The translations under genes and the position numbers were made by a program. A stretch of 64,000 bases of DNA, taken from contig NC_045697.1 of the NCBI RefSeq assembly GCF_009834535.1, positions 39,496,001 to 39,560,000 on the forward strand. Direction: 5' to 3'. The stretch is from Camelus ferus. Its lineage: Eukaryota. The notes beneath the pieces are model-generated. The model was not told where the DNA came from and made no database searches. It saw only the letters and a list, made by a program, of their open reading frames with translations. Below are positions 50,713-64,000 of this stretch, in pieces; positions within the stretch are counted from its first letter, which is position 1, and each line of letters starts with the position of its first letter.

Positions 50713-53700
50713 GTAGGTTATGTCTGCTCCTTAGGCTACTGTGTGAAAGGTTTAGTAAGGTTCTTCATGGTCTTGTATTTCACATGCTCTGTTGCTTGCA
50801 TTCTCCTCAGCCTTTTGTTTGTTTGTCTTTGGACTGGATGGTCCAAAAAGCTCTTTTTATTTAGTATATTTAATTGAGGGTTATAGTCATCCAAAAATTC
50901 TCTGGCCACTCCTATTCTGTAACAGACAGTGACATTTTTTTAGTAGACAGTTTAACTTCTCAATCAGAATCGTTTCCATTGTATTCCCTACAACATAGGA
51001 AACACTCAGATGTAATGGAAGGTTACTTCTGGCAGGTGAAATAAAGTGTGCAACTGTAATTTTTCTTTTGCCAAATAGAAATCACTTTATTGATTCTTGT
51101 CGGATGATAAAAATAGCACATGATCAATGAAAAGTATTTAAGCACATTTTAACAAGAAAAAAAAGAACTATCATACATATGACAGGATAAAGGGTCTAAT
51201 GTGTAAAATTCTGTCCTCCTTATTGAGAAACTTCCAAAATGCACATAAATTGTTTTGCCAGTGAAAAGAAAAACTCCTTTAACCCAACATATATCATGAG
51301 AATTTATTTAATAATTTGTCCAACCAAAAAAGTGATTGTGTTAATTTTAGAACCCCTTTGGAAATCTTTAATCTTTTCTTTTGAGTAGAACTTCTCCTAT
51401 TTACTAGATGTATATAATATCCCTAACTGGTCACTATGACATTTGTAGAGCTACTTTTTTTTTTTCCCAATTCTAAGGCAAAATGTTTTTCAAACTTTCT
51501 TGAGTCCATTGTAGGCAACATTTAAAAGAATTCTGGTCTCTGGTTTTAATTGCTGGTTATTATAAAAATAATTGAGGCTTTATTTTTAGAGGCAAATCAA
51601 GTGATGTATTGAGTCATTAGCATCTTATTTATGGTAAGAGTCTGTGGTTTATTTTTAAAAGAAATAGAAACAACTTTTTAAATAAAATTATTCCACCTTG
51701 ATGATTTTTCTGGAAAATTATCTTAAACTACTATGCTTTCTTTTCCAGAGTCAAACTATTTTTTGCATCTTTTTCACTGAAATATTTGTGTATGTAAACT
51801 TACATACACCTAATTCAAATGCATAGTAGAAATCTTATTTTCTGTGAATCAATAAAAAATTTATTGTCAAAAATATACTCACCAAACAAATGCTCTAAAA
51901 AAATGTAGGATTTGAAGAACACTTTTAGGTAACATTTGCTTATTAATTCCATTTTTATTGGCGTAACTACTTCTGGGTGAAAAGACCTTAGATAAATCAC
52001 TTCCTAAATGAAAGATAATCTTGAAACTTGGCATAGAAATTGTTTGAGGGGATTCTATTATTCTTATGAACTTAATCCCATTTGGAATATTTCAGGGTAT
52101 AGAGAATCAGTGGTTAACGTGCATTATTTATCCTCTATCAGTCTCACTTTATGGTTCACTGATGAAGCTAATTCAATAGAGAAATTACTTCACTGGTTAA
52201 TCCTTCATTTGTAACTTCAGGTTTTTGTGGTCTTACATGAGCAAGTTCAAATCTACATGAGCAAACTAAGCACTGCTTAGCCCTGCTTACTCTAGGGGTG
52301 ATTAAAATCTTTGTAATTTCAAATCCCAGAAATAAGGCAGAGCATGTGAGCTGGAAGAGATTATAAGGCACAAACTACCAAGATTTTATCTTAAGATCTT
52401 TTTTCCTCCAGTAGATATTTGAAAGCTGAAGCTGAGAACACCTTCAAAATATAGTTGGTGTAAAAAACAAACAAACAAACAAAGCGTGGTTGGTGTGTCC
52501 TTTCTAAAGTGACTTAGTGAGCTATGAGAATGATGTGTGTCCTTAGTACTGATGTTACTCCATTTGGCCTCCATAGCTGCCTTTCTGAGACATCTCTGGT
52601 TACAGCTATATCTGCCTTGGACAGCTAAGTATTTCTGATCCCTATATGGCTAGAGATATAAAATAGTCCAGGGATGGCATGTGTCCATTGACTCTGGAGA
52701 TGTCTTTCTAGTCTAAGCCGTCTGTCCCCACCTGTGTTCCCTCTGCTAGCGGTTGTCTCTGCTCTTAGGCAGTGGGGATGATTATATTTCTCTCTCTTAG
52801 ATAGGAAACCACTTCTTAATCTGAGTCCAAGTTGGAAAAAAAAGTATGATACCTCCTTTACACAGCACCATGACACTTTCTGGATGAGCAATGATCACCA
52901 GCCCTGCCAGCTCAAGAACATATTCGTATAACCATTTCATGCCCAATACTGTGTAAACCATGTATGCAAACAGATAATTGGAACAGGTGATACAGAAGGG
53001 AACATCAAATAGATTTTTCAAGAGATGTAGAACATACAAAGACACTGATCCTTGTATAATCATGACTAGAGGAAAGGAGACAGTCTTTTTTTCTACCAAA
53101 TACAGGTGCTAATGTCTCTAAATAAGCCTCAACCCATATTCATTGGTCACAGTAAAAACCTGAAGAGGGTCCAGGAACTCAGGCAAGAAAACTGTCTTCC
53201 TTCTTTCTTTCCTTAGGGTATGCCCTAGACTTCCCACTGCACTTGCTATGTTCTTGACCTCAGTTAAAAAAAGCTCAAGTTCAGGTCATTGTATGAGGAC
53301 GAATAAATAGTTATGTGGTAGAAGCAACTGTTAAGTTGTTTGTCTTTTCAAAGGTTAATGGCTTCAGGAACCATGCATCATTTATGAAGATTTTCTTCAC
53401 TGATGAGATTATCACAGTTGTATTTTCCTAAATGTCTTTAGAAATGCTTATACCTATTAGCAAAGTAAACTAGGAACTTAAAATAATGTAGGGTTTTGAG
53501 AAACTCTAGTGTCAATGTAATTTAATTTTCAATATGGAAATCAATAGAAAGAGTAATTTAATAAGCATTAAATTTTACTAAGACTCCAAGTCATTTTAAA
53601 ATCACTGCTAATGGATGTGCATATATTTTATGTTGCTTAAATTAATGTGTACATTCTAATTAGTATTCTGCTTTTTCCAGTTGGTATCATTTCACTTTGT

Positions 53701-53999
53701 GTTTTCACAAATAAACCTGCTTTGCGTGCTTATTCCTTTAATAATGAAAGTAATAGCGGTGGTAGCAGCAGTAACAGTGACGACTGTGACAGCTAACATG
53801 GATCGAGTGCCAGACTCTGTACTAACTACTTAATATGTTCTGTAACGATCATAATGTTTCATCTGTTGCCACACCATATTTAGCTATTTGAATATATGGA
53901 ACTGCCTCCATCATTTATATAGAAAGCACTACTAGGGAAGTGTTAACAAAGAATGACTTGACTGTTAGAGTATTATTTCCTTAGCTTTTATTACCTATA

Positions 54000-56830
54000 G
54001 TAGAATTAACAGATATGAATTGTTTTATGACTAATGTACCCTAATGTACCATCTCTCCACCCTATTTTGAAATAATCACTTCTATGCATGTTATTATAGC
54101 CTAAGTGCGTACCCATATATTTACACACAATATATATTATGTTTTTGCAGGTTTTACAACTTTATATATAAAAGTATACAGCATGTCACCTTCTGCAGCT
54201 ATCTTTGTCCAATGCGCTCTATCAATATTCACTTTCAGTAAGAATATTGTTTATTTAGGTATTATTCCACGTTTTTCTGATACTTGAGTTGTTTCCAATG
54301 TTTAGATAATTTTCAATATTTCGCTATTACAAACCAATTTTAAGTGAGTGTTTTCATATGACACCTTTTACGTACCTGCAGTAGTAGGGTCGTAAGTGGG
54401 GACCGCTCTGTCCACGTATTACATGTGCACTCTTAAAATATGCCAGTTTACGTGCTCAGCAGCTCAACAGTGCTCAACAGTGTGTGACTGTTTCCATGTT
54501 TCACATCCTCACAAATCCTTGGTAATATCAGAGTCTTTGCTGTTGTTCCCCCCAGTCTGATGAGTGTGGGATGCATCTTGCTTTTGCTTGAATTTGGATT
54601 TCTCTGATTTCTGATTGTCACAGAGACATTTATATTTCATTGAATATCCACGTGTTTCTCCGACGTTTCCCAGCTCCACTGCAGGTAGGTGAGGCCAGCC
54701 AACTACTTTGGGCCAATAGGCTGTGAGCAGAAGTGACAAGTGTCACTTCAAGGGCAGAGATTCAAAATTTGTGCACAACTTCTCCAGCCCTTTCTACCAG
54801 TCCATCAACTAGACAGTGGAACCTGGGTCCTCTGGTGACTTCTGTGGAGCAGAGCCACCTGTCAGCTTGGATTGGCTCTGTGTCGTGACTGAGAAGTAAA
54901 CCTGTTCTGTTAAGCCACTGAGATCTCTGACTTAGTCCGTAGCTTCACTGTAATGTAATGCAGTCCACCATGCAGGCAGTGTGTATTTCGTGTGTTTATG
55001 TTTTCCTGTGTTCATTAGACTTAGGTCATATCTGTGATTATTAATCTGTGTACTGTTTTCCCCCAACGCAGCAAATTTTGCTACTGGGTTGTTTGTCTTT
55101 TTCTTAAAGATTTATAAGAGTTTGTTAGCTATTGTTAGTTATATGTGTTCCAAATACTTTGACTCAGTTTTTTGGTTTTCTTTTCACATTGAACATAGTG
55201 TCTTTTAATGCATGAAAGCTTTTTATTTCAGTGTAGTCAGATTCATCAATGTTTAGTTTTTGTGCTTTTTTACATCTTGCTTAAGAAATCCTCGTCTACT
55301 TTGAGGTCACGAAGAAAGTTTTTTAAATTGTTTTCCAAAAGTTTTAACTGTTGCTTTGCATGTGTACGGGTCTCAATCCATTTGAAATTAAGTTTTGTGT
55401 AAAGACAAAGTAGGGATATAATTTTATTTATTAAATCAGTCAGCATTTGTTCAGTAGTTCATCTTTCTCCCACTTTTTGAAATATCATTTCCATTATATA
55501 TCAAATGTTTTTATGTCTTTTTCTGGACTATATTATTTGTTGTTTTATCTGTGTATCCTATGTCATTACCACAGTGTCTTAATTAGTGCTATCTGGTAGG
55601 ATAAGTCTCTTCAACTTTGTTCTTCTTAAAAATTATCTTGGCCATTCTTGAACTTTGGCTTTTGCAGTTGAATATTGTCAAGTTTCATGAGAAATTTTCG
55701 TTAGAACTCAAATTGAATTGGTAGATCAATTTTATGAGAATTGGTCTTCAATCCATGACTGTCATATAACTTTCCACTTACTCAGGTCCTCTTTAATGTC
55801 TTTTGATTTTAAAAATATATATTTAATTTTCTTCTTAAATCTCCTGGATAGCTCACATTTTGCAAATGTTATAGATGGAATACTTACTGTCTTCAAACTT
55901 TGTTGCTGATATTTAGTGTTTAAACTGATTTTTATTGTTGACAGTGTATCTGGAAACCTTGCCAAATTCTTATTCGTTCTAATATTTTGTTGAGCAATTC
56001 TCTTTGACTTCCTTTGTACACAGTCATATCATCTGGAAATAATGAGGATTGATTGTTTATTCCTTCTGAAGTCTTTTATCATTTAATTTCTTTTTTCTCA
56101 TAATATGTTCTAGGATTCCCAGTAAAAGTTTAAATAGAAATGGTGATAGCATGCTTTCTTGAGTTGCTTCCTGATTTTAAGGGAAAGTTTCTACTTTTGA
56201 CTTTTAAGTATTATCATGGCGTATTTCTTTTTCTTTCTCTCTCTCTCTCTTTTTTTTTTTTTTTTTTTTTTTTGGTATTTCTTTGACAATGCCAGGCACA
56301 TAGCAGACCTTCAAAAAAGGCTTGAAGATGAACAGATATTTAATTGCTTATTTTGTCTCACATAAAAGTAGTTAGTGTTCATATGTTTTTCTTCACATGT
56401 ACACTTATTAGGTTTACAATATTTGCTGTAGATGTTTGGTAGATTTATTTTATACACCTAAGGAGGTTCCCTTATATTTATGCTTTGCTCAGAATTTTTA
56501 TCTTGAGTGAAAAATTTTAGTGAATGTTTTCTTTTGCATCTGATAAGATAATTACATGGTTTTTCTTCCTTATTCCTTTATCATGGGGAGTTACAGATTG
56601 TCTAACCTTAAACCAACACTGCATCACTAGAATAAACCAGTTCTGAACCTGGCCTTGATACATATTTTTAAATACCTTGCAAGTTTTGGACAGTTGATAT
56701 TTTGTTTAGTATTTTTGCATCTAGGTTTTTAAATACGTTTTGTTTTATCTACTTTTGGTATAAAAGTTATAGAGCCTAGTGAAATCAATTGAGGAGAGTG
56801 TTTTCTAATCTGTGAAACAGTTTAAGACGG
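54000..56830 (-). mobile_element. Degenerate L1ME-like element, interrupted by an MLT1 LTR (~54640-54945, +)
   Basis: ORF2 remnant KDIKEDLSKWK; 'tagaaatggtgatag..cctgattttaagggaaag'; LTR motif 'ggccaataggctgtgagcagaagtgac..gtgtcacttc..gttaagccactgagat'. Confidence 0.7.
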
Positions 56831-57399
56831 AAGATTTATGAAGGGAAGTAGTAAGAGATAAACTCTGAAAGACAGGCTGCAGCCAAATTGCAGAGGGGTG
56901 TGATTGTTAAATCTTGCATAAAGATTGCCGTGCTGTGTGACAAAAGTTATGAAAATAAACAGCAAACAGGAACAAATGTAAAGCATAAAAGAAAATTAAT
57001 TTTTGTGCAACAGAGAAAGGGTTTTTGTGCAATAGAGAAGGGGGTTTAGAATAGCAACAAAAGAAGGCACATATATGAACAAAAAGATGGTAATTCTTAG
57101 AGGTTTTTTTCTTTTTGGCCAAGTCAGGTGACTAAAGAAGGATGACTTTAATGAACAGATCTTTGACTTCCCAGTCTTACAGAAGCAACTCTGTCACTTA
57201 AAAGTTGTGTGTCCTTAGGCACATTGCAGAATATTCTGCAGTCTCAGTATTCTAATTTATAAAAGTTAGTAACATAATAATAGTCGTTTTAAGTGTCACT
57301 TATTGAGTATTTACTGTTTTCTAGACTCTGTGAAAAATACTTCTAATATTACTTTATTAAATCCTCACAACACTATAGAAATAACTTTTAGATAGAATA

Positions 57400-57770
57400 A
57401 CTTTTCTCAGTCCATATTGCCTTGATTACACTTCAATAATAAAGCAATCTCAGAATCTTAGTGGTACATTTGTTTCTTGCTCATGCAACCCATCCGGTTT
57501 AGATTGACAAGGGAGCTCTGCTTATGCTGCTCGCCTGAGAACCTGTTCAGACAGCGCCCATCTCTGATGTGGCCAGTTACTGTGCCAGAGGACAAAGAAA
57601 GAGTTCTGTAGGATCTTGCATTGACAATTGAATGCCTTGGCCTGGAAGTAACTCCATCACTTCTGGTCTTAACTCATTAGTTCAGAACTAATCATAATGT
57701 CCCACCCAGCCACAATGGAAATAGGGAATACAACCCTATGATGTGCCTGGAAGAAACCTGCCCAATATTT
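57400..57770 (-). mobile_element. Old MLT1 (J/K-like) LTR inside MIR fragments
   Basis: 'aatcttagtgg..tttgtttcttgctcatgc..gcctggaagtaac..catcacttctg..aactcattagttcagaacta'. Confidence 0.6.
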
Positions 57771-60229
57771 GCCAATGCCTTCATTTTCCTTCTTTCTTTC
57801 CAACTGAGAAAATGGAGCCTTAGAGAACCTAGTTAATTTTCCCATAAGTGCCCAGTATATTTGATCCTGAAGCTCAATCTCTTGACCCTCGTAGTGCCTC
57901 ACATCTCTGTAGTCCTACATGCCATGTTGGGTTACACTCCCTCCTCTGCAGATAAGTTGTGAGAATTAAAGGTAATATGTATATAAGTAAGTGGTACACA
58001 GCCTGGGGATGGAGTAAGCATACAAGGCCTAGTGAAGTTAGCTATTTTCTTCTTTTACTTCTTAACCCGTAACTCAGTGTCTTGAAGTGCAAAAGCTCTG
58101 AACTGTTTTTACGTGACTGTGTGTTTTCTCTGTGATGACAGCAGCCCTTCTCAGTTACCAGCATTAGACGTGTTTTGTGTGTCAAGTCATCCGGTTACAC
58201 ACAACTTCTTATTCTCATCAGCCATTCTGAAAACCATTTTATGTATCAGCTAAGCTTTTGTGATGCTGGACCCTGCCAGGCTAGCCTCTCAAACTCTCAA
58301 TTGTGATAAGCTAACTAGGCTTTAGCAGGGCATCCTAGGAATCTAATGCCTAACCGATAACTTAGCTATTGCCGTGGAAATCTGTAGGTTAAATCTCATG
58401 TCATCGGGCCACGGAGTTTGGACTTTTCCCTCATTGTAATAACTGTTTATTCATTGTCCCACACCATCAGATGCAGATGTAGAACTACTTGTTTGTTAAG
58501 GGCTCTCATACTCAGAATTTACAGACATTAAATAGCTTTATAAATGCTAAAGAAGATTCTTAAAGCCACCACTGAATACTGCCATGATTCTTAAAATCCT
58601 CGATCATTAGCTTTCCTTAGTAATTATGTTGAAAACCAATATTGAGAAAATGTTTGTTTACTTTGCATCTCAAATGTTCATGGAGTGAATTTTAAGTAAG
58701 AGAAGAAAATTCTAGATGTGGAGTATAACTGACTCCTTTAAATTGATTTTCTGAAGCAACTATACTTTCTATTTTAAGACAGAATATGGTACATAAAATA
58801 AAGTTAATCAATATGTGTCTACAAAAGAAAAAAATTACTGGTATAGTGTGTCCCCCGTTGTCTTTATCTAATTCCTATTTCCAAATTAAATAGATGACTG
58901 CTTTTATAAGCAGTCTTTTTATGGAAATGTAATTTCTCTTAAAAGTACCAAATTGCTTTAACTAAAATATATAACCCTTCATCAGGGAGTGGGTCAGCAA
59001 ATGTTCAAAAAGAGAAAAGATTTGTTTATTCAGCTAAGTAAACTCGGGGTGAGCCCCACCACTGGTCCCACTGAGGGGTCCTTTGTAAGGGATGGATATA
59101 GTATAAGAAGTAAGAAGTTTAAGATAAGATAGAAGGGAAAGTGGAGGTAAACTGAGGAGGACCTTGAATAGGAGATTTGTACTCACAAATTTAAACCTTA
59201 TTAAATAGACAGTGCAGAACCACTGAAGACTTTTGTTGTTGTTAACTCTTATAAAAGTCAAATAACACTGAAAAAAGACAGTAAAGGAAAAAGGCAAAAA
59301 TCCAGCTCCCCTCTTTTCTACCTTTATTATGATCACTGTTAGAATTTTGATGTGTAATTTTTTTTGCCTGTTTTCCTGCATGTCTGTGGATGTATTTGAA
59401 AGATACATTCGTATTTTACAAGCAATTTTACTTTCTTCTGTTTTCCCTTCATGTATTTATTATAAGCATTGTCTGTGTTAGTACAGACTTCATAATAACA
59501 ATGATGATCGTTCTCATATTATTATATGTCAGATTTTCAGTAATGTAATATTCAATTTTATAAATACTGCATGGTTAAACATTTTCCAGCATAAGATTTG
59601 TTTCTCAGCTAGAGTTATTTCCTCAGGACTGATTGCTGAAAGTGGATTTACCAGTTCGAAAGGTATAAATATTTTTATGGCCCTTCAAGCCTCTTGCTAA
59701 GTTAAATTTTTACTAAAGAGTTATAAAAATTTACACAGCCACTGGAAAATATGAGAGTGCCATTTCCATCCAGCCTCGTCGGCATTAGGTATTATGATTT
59801 AATCATTGCCTGTGAGCAGAGTTGTTTTTTATTCCTCCATCTCGTTCATACCACAGAATTATAGTACTCCACTTTTCAAACTATTATCCCCTTAACTTTA
59901 AATTTTCATCATTACAGCTCATTTTCACAACAGAAATATTTAGTGTCCTTAGGGAAGGAAGAGGCACAGAGAAGTAATTTGCCTTAGCTCACAGGCTCAG
60001 GACAGAAATGTAAATTTAGACTGCCAAAGTCTCAGTTTAGAGTTAATCTTGGGTTTTGAAAATTGGCATAATTAGAATGTAAATATATGAATTATGCATA
60101 TTATTGCAAGCAGCGATTTTGCTTACGTATTCTGAATTTTGTGCAGCTTCTGATGTTAGTCCTTTTGGTCGTTTCGTGCTGAGTCATGTCTGTTGTGATT
60201 GTTTCTCCTCTCTGCCTGACCAGGCATTT

Positions 60230-61700
60230 AGCCTGCATTAGTTATTTATTTTCTCAAAATACTAGTTGCCTACCATATGACAGGCCTTGCACTAAAAGCT
60301 AAGTGCTTAGATATTCGACTTGACACACAGAGTTTTCAATCCAGTGGGGAACACAGACTAACCCTCAAATATTTAGTTGCAAATTGGGTTAATTGTTAGG
60401 AAGGAAAATAGAATGCCCTGACAACTTATAACAATGGCATCTGATTTAAACTCATACATCCAGGGAGGAATTCTTGAAGGAAGTTATATTTCTTTTCTGG
60501 AAGGAAGATGAGTGAGAATAGGTGAGGGAAGGACAGGGCGGAGGGGAGAAGATTTCCCAGCGTTGTAACAACACGTGAGAAGGGCCTGGGGCTGGATTAC
60601 TGAGCAGAGGCCGCTGGGAGGAGGCTGAAGCCTGGGGAGAAAAGTGGAGAGGACCTCCACGTGAGGCTGGAGCAGGGCTTTGCAGGCTGTTAAGCATTTG
60701 GCCATTTTGCCGAAATGAAATGAGAAACCATTGATAAACTTTAAATAAGGAAAATTATAACAATGTTTATGTTTAGAAGATATAAATCTGGCTCCTATTT
60801 GGTGAATACAGTCCAGAGAGAACAAAAGTTCAAGTAGGAAAACCGATCAGGAAGTCTTTGCAGTTGTCCAGCAACAACGTAGGAAGCCTGGAATGGATAG
60901 AGATGAAGAGAAGTAGACTTACTTGGGATTTTTCTGAATGACAGAATTAGAACTTGGTCATGGATTTGGTGTAAGAGGTGAAAGAAAGGGACATGCCAAA
61001 GGTGACTCTCAGGTCCCTGGTCTGGGAAATGAGGTGGTTGGAGACCATGTACGTGATGGTTTGAACTCTGGCCCTGCTGTGTGCTCTGTAAGCTCTCTTA
61101 TTTAGTTTCACTATCCTCTAAATGTAGATGTTAACTGAAGATCATGTTTGAATGTAGAAGAGAGGTCTGGACAAAGATGCAAATTTAAGAATCATTAGCA
61201 TATTGATGGCATTTGGTGCATAAATGAAGAGTCCTAATCTTTTCTGTATTATAATATGAGAACTAAGGAAAGGCAGGTGATTACTACTATGCCTGTGTTG
61301 AAGTCGTTGAGAGATTATGGACACACTGAGTAGCCAAGATAGAACTTGCATTGTAGGAGGGTGTGTGTTGCAGAGGGAACAGCAGGTACAAAGGGAAGGA
61401 GATAAGGAAAGTGTATGTATTTAGAGACTTGCAAAAATCTTGGTCTTAGAGAGTGGCAGGAAGTGAACTTGCAGAAATAGTCTGGTGGAATTTATGGGAT
61501 GCTAAAGAGTGTGGATTATAGACTATGGAAAGTGGAAAGCCATTGAACTATTTTAATCAGGGAATAAGATCAGATCACCCCTATCAACAGAGTGGATTGA
61601 AAAGGGGGAGACTCATGAGGAAGTTATGGTCCAAATGAGCTATGGGAAAGGCCTAAACCAAAGTGACAGATAGGGAATGAAAGTAAACAGAGAAAAGCCT
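60230..61700 (-). mobile_element. L2 LINE fragments
   Basis: 'ttatttattttctcaaaatactagttgcctaccatatgacaggc', 'gagaaaccattga..tctggctcct', 'gactctcaggt..ctggtctgggaaa'. Confidence 0.6.
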
Positions 61701-61714
61701 CAGGTCTTTATGCT

Positions 61715-62825
61715 GTAGTTGTCAGAGGTATTATATTTTTATAACTCCACAGAACAGTGTTGAAATTCTTGCTTTAAAGAGTCATATGTATTTCAAATAA
61801 ATCAAGAGAAACACAGGTTTTACATTTCCACACATAGCTGGTTACCATTTCTGGTGCTCTTCGTTCCTTCCTGCAGCTGTCCGTTTCTGTTACCATTTCT
61901 GTGCAACAGAATTTCCTTTAGCATTTTTTACAGTGCTGATCTGCTGGTAATGAAATACTAGTTTTGTTTATCTAAAGATGACTTCATTTAACTTTCAATC
62001 TTGAAGAATACTCTTTGACATATAGAGAGGTCTGTGTTTACAGTTGTTTGTTGTTCTTTTTTTCCTTTCAGCCCTTTAAAACTGTCATTCCATTGTCTTC
62101 CAGTCTCTTTTTGTTTCATTTTTTCTGGTAAGTTTGGAACCATTGTGTCATTGTTTCTGTATACATAAACTATCATTTGTCTCTGGCTGCTTTAAATATT
62201 TCACTTTATCTTTGGTTTTCTGCAGTGTTTTCTGATGTGTTTAAGTGGATTTTCTTTTATCCTGCTTGAGATTTACTGCAATTTTTTAACTGTAAATTTT
62301 GTCTTTAACAAATTTAGGATGTTTTAAACTATTATTTCTTTTAAAGTATTTTTTTCTGTCTCAATCTCTCTTACCTCCTTTTGGGGTTCTTAGTAGCTTT
62401 ATGTTAGACCTTATGATATTGTCCCACAGGTACTGTTAAATACTTTTTTCTGTTCTTCTGATTGCATATCACCTAATGTTTTGTCTTAAAGTTTAATGAC
62501 TCTTCTGTCATCTCGAATCTGTTGGAAGCCTATCTTGTGAATTTTTCTGTCAGATACTGTTTCTTAAATTTATTTATAGAAACTATTTGGTAGTTTTATT
62601 TTATAGATTCTGTTTTCCCTACTGGTACTTCCTGTTTGAACATAATGATTATAAGCATATTTTCCTTTAAGTCCTTGAGCTTTTGCAGTTATACTAGCTG
62701 CTGAAAATTCTTTGTTAGCTAAATCCTTTATCTGGATAATTGCAGTGCAGAGTTCTTTGGTTTCCTTTTTCTTGTATATGAGAAACAGTTTTCCTGTTTC
62801 TGTACATGTCTAATAATTTATTATT
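61715..62825 (-). mobile_element. Old L1 ORF1/inter-ORF fragment
   Basis: ORF1 remnant ETGRQWNDSFKGLK; 'ctttagcatttttt..tgctgatctgctggtaatga'. Confidence 0.65.
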
Positions 62826-62914
62826 ATGTCCTGACTGTTGTGAATAACAATTTTATACAGCCAAATTTAGTAATTCGTTTGATTTTGTTATATTTGGTAA
62901 AGAAAATCTCCAAG

Positions 62915-63233
62915 CTCTCAGTGCTTCTGAGCACATAAGGGCTATGATGTCTCCTGCAGAGAATATGTGTATTCATGAGCATTGTTTGTACATAAGTTAT
63001 AGTGCTGTTGGTTGTGAGTTCAATGTTAATCAACAAATATATTAAATAAGGTATCTTTAAAATAAACAAATATAAAACACTATTCTATATTGATCAGTTG
63101 ACAAAAATGTGATCAGAAGCCCATGGGAACCTAACCCTGTATTTTTTCTAGGAACAGTGATTCAGTATTCACTAATTCAGTGTTCACAGCAACTGTACAA
63201 AAGGTAACTAGCACAAATCATGAGAACCAGCTG
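62915..63233. mobile_element. Tigger-type DNA transposon fragment (MER82-like)
   Basis: 'agttatagtgctgttgg..gtgagttcaatgttaat..ggaacctaaccctgtattt..ttcagtattcactaattcagtgttc', terminus ...CTG followed by TA. Confidence 0.7.
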
Positions 63234-63763
63234 TATATTTAACTGTTTTGTGATACTCTGTTGTATATCTATGTTTTATTTATCCATTGTCTTAGGTTTA
63301 TGTTATTTTCAACTTTTTAATTATAAAAAAATGCTACAGAAACATTTTATATTAATATATTCATCAGGATATGTAGCTCATAGGGAAACTAAGGTGTCTA
63401 CACATTTTTAGTAAGACTAGAGTTGCCCTATTACTCTTTAAGATCGTTGTACTAATTGGTATTTCCACCAAGAGTATATGGGAGTTCCAATTCTCTACCA
63501 GCTGGCGAGCATGAGACATTATCAGTCTTAATCTCTCTGATTGGAACATAAAATGTCATTTTCCTGATATCCAGTGGGATGGAGAAAGTTTTATGTATTC
63601 TGGATTGTTCATAATTATATTTTGAAGGTTAATTATGTTTAAATAATTGTATCAATTCAGTAATTTCAAATAATTCAATATAAAATTGTATGTACAATAT
63701 TGACCCTTTGATGGTTGTGAATAGAGACAAAAGAAAAAGCTGAAAGAAATGAGTGATACAGAA

Positions 63764-63977
63764 CATGGGCCAACAAATTATGGCCTTCAGGCCAACTCCA
63801 GTCCACTACCTGTTTTTCTAAGTAAAGTTTTATTGGAACACAGCCATGCTCTTCACATATTGTCATGGCGGCTTTCAAATTGTTTTACAACAATGGAGTT
63901 GAGTAGTTTCAACACAACCCATAAAGCGATAAATATTTACTGTCTGGCCTTTTATAGAAAAAGTTCACCAACTCCTA
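63764..63977 (+). mobile_element. MER58A-like hAT-Charlie MITE
   Basis: 'gtaaagttttattggaacacagccatgc..gagttgagtagtt..aaatatttactgtctggccttttatagaaaaagtt'; degenerate 8-bp TSD ATACAGAA/GCATAGAA. Confidence 0.85.
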
Positions 63978-64000
63978 GCATAGAAGCATAATTGCTCTAA

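Noticed and set aside
58896..58915. Short inverted repeat GACTGCTT-TTAT-AAGCAGTC followed by Ts
   Set aside because: An 8-bp stem is expected by chance in 64 kb and too short for a pre-miRNA; bacterial-type terminators do not apply.

Overview
Mammalian genomic DNA, most likely camelid. That inference rests on the cetartiodactyl-type L1 3' ends and the absence of recognisable Alu, B1/B2, BovB/Bov-tA, PRE-1 or SINEC elements. The window lies inside FAM13A (+ strand) and holds two coding exons: 28670-28823 (end of the RhoGAP region, VPPGLEGMKEQDLCNKIMAKILENYNTLFE...) and 50629-50712. Both have canonical AG/GT sites and compatible phases. The rest is intron, densely filled with nested L1, L2, MIR, MaLR/ERV LTRs and DNA-transposon MITEs, and nearly all ORF-track entries are repeat-derived or spurious. 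I see no clearly new biological system. Three things stand out: (1) a 3.0-kb TSD-flanked L1 that keeps its 5'UTR and ORF1 but jumps to the last ~0.4 kb of ORF2 (half-L1 or spliced-L1 architecture); (2) in that element's antisense 5'UTR, an ORF0-like ORF plus splice sites in phases matching the FAM13A exons; (3) an exact 40-bp templated insertion copied from an LTR 1 kb away and flanked by a 9-bp duplication. Repeat subfamily names come from remembered consensus motifs. Boundaries are approximate unless a TSD is quoted.
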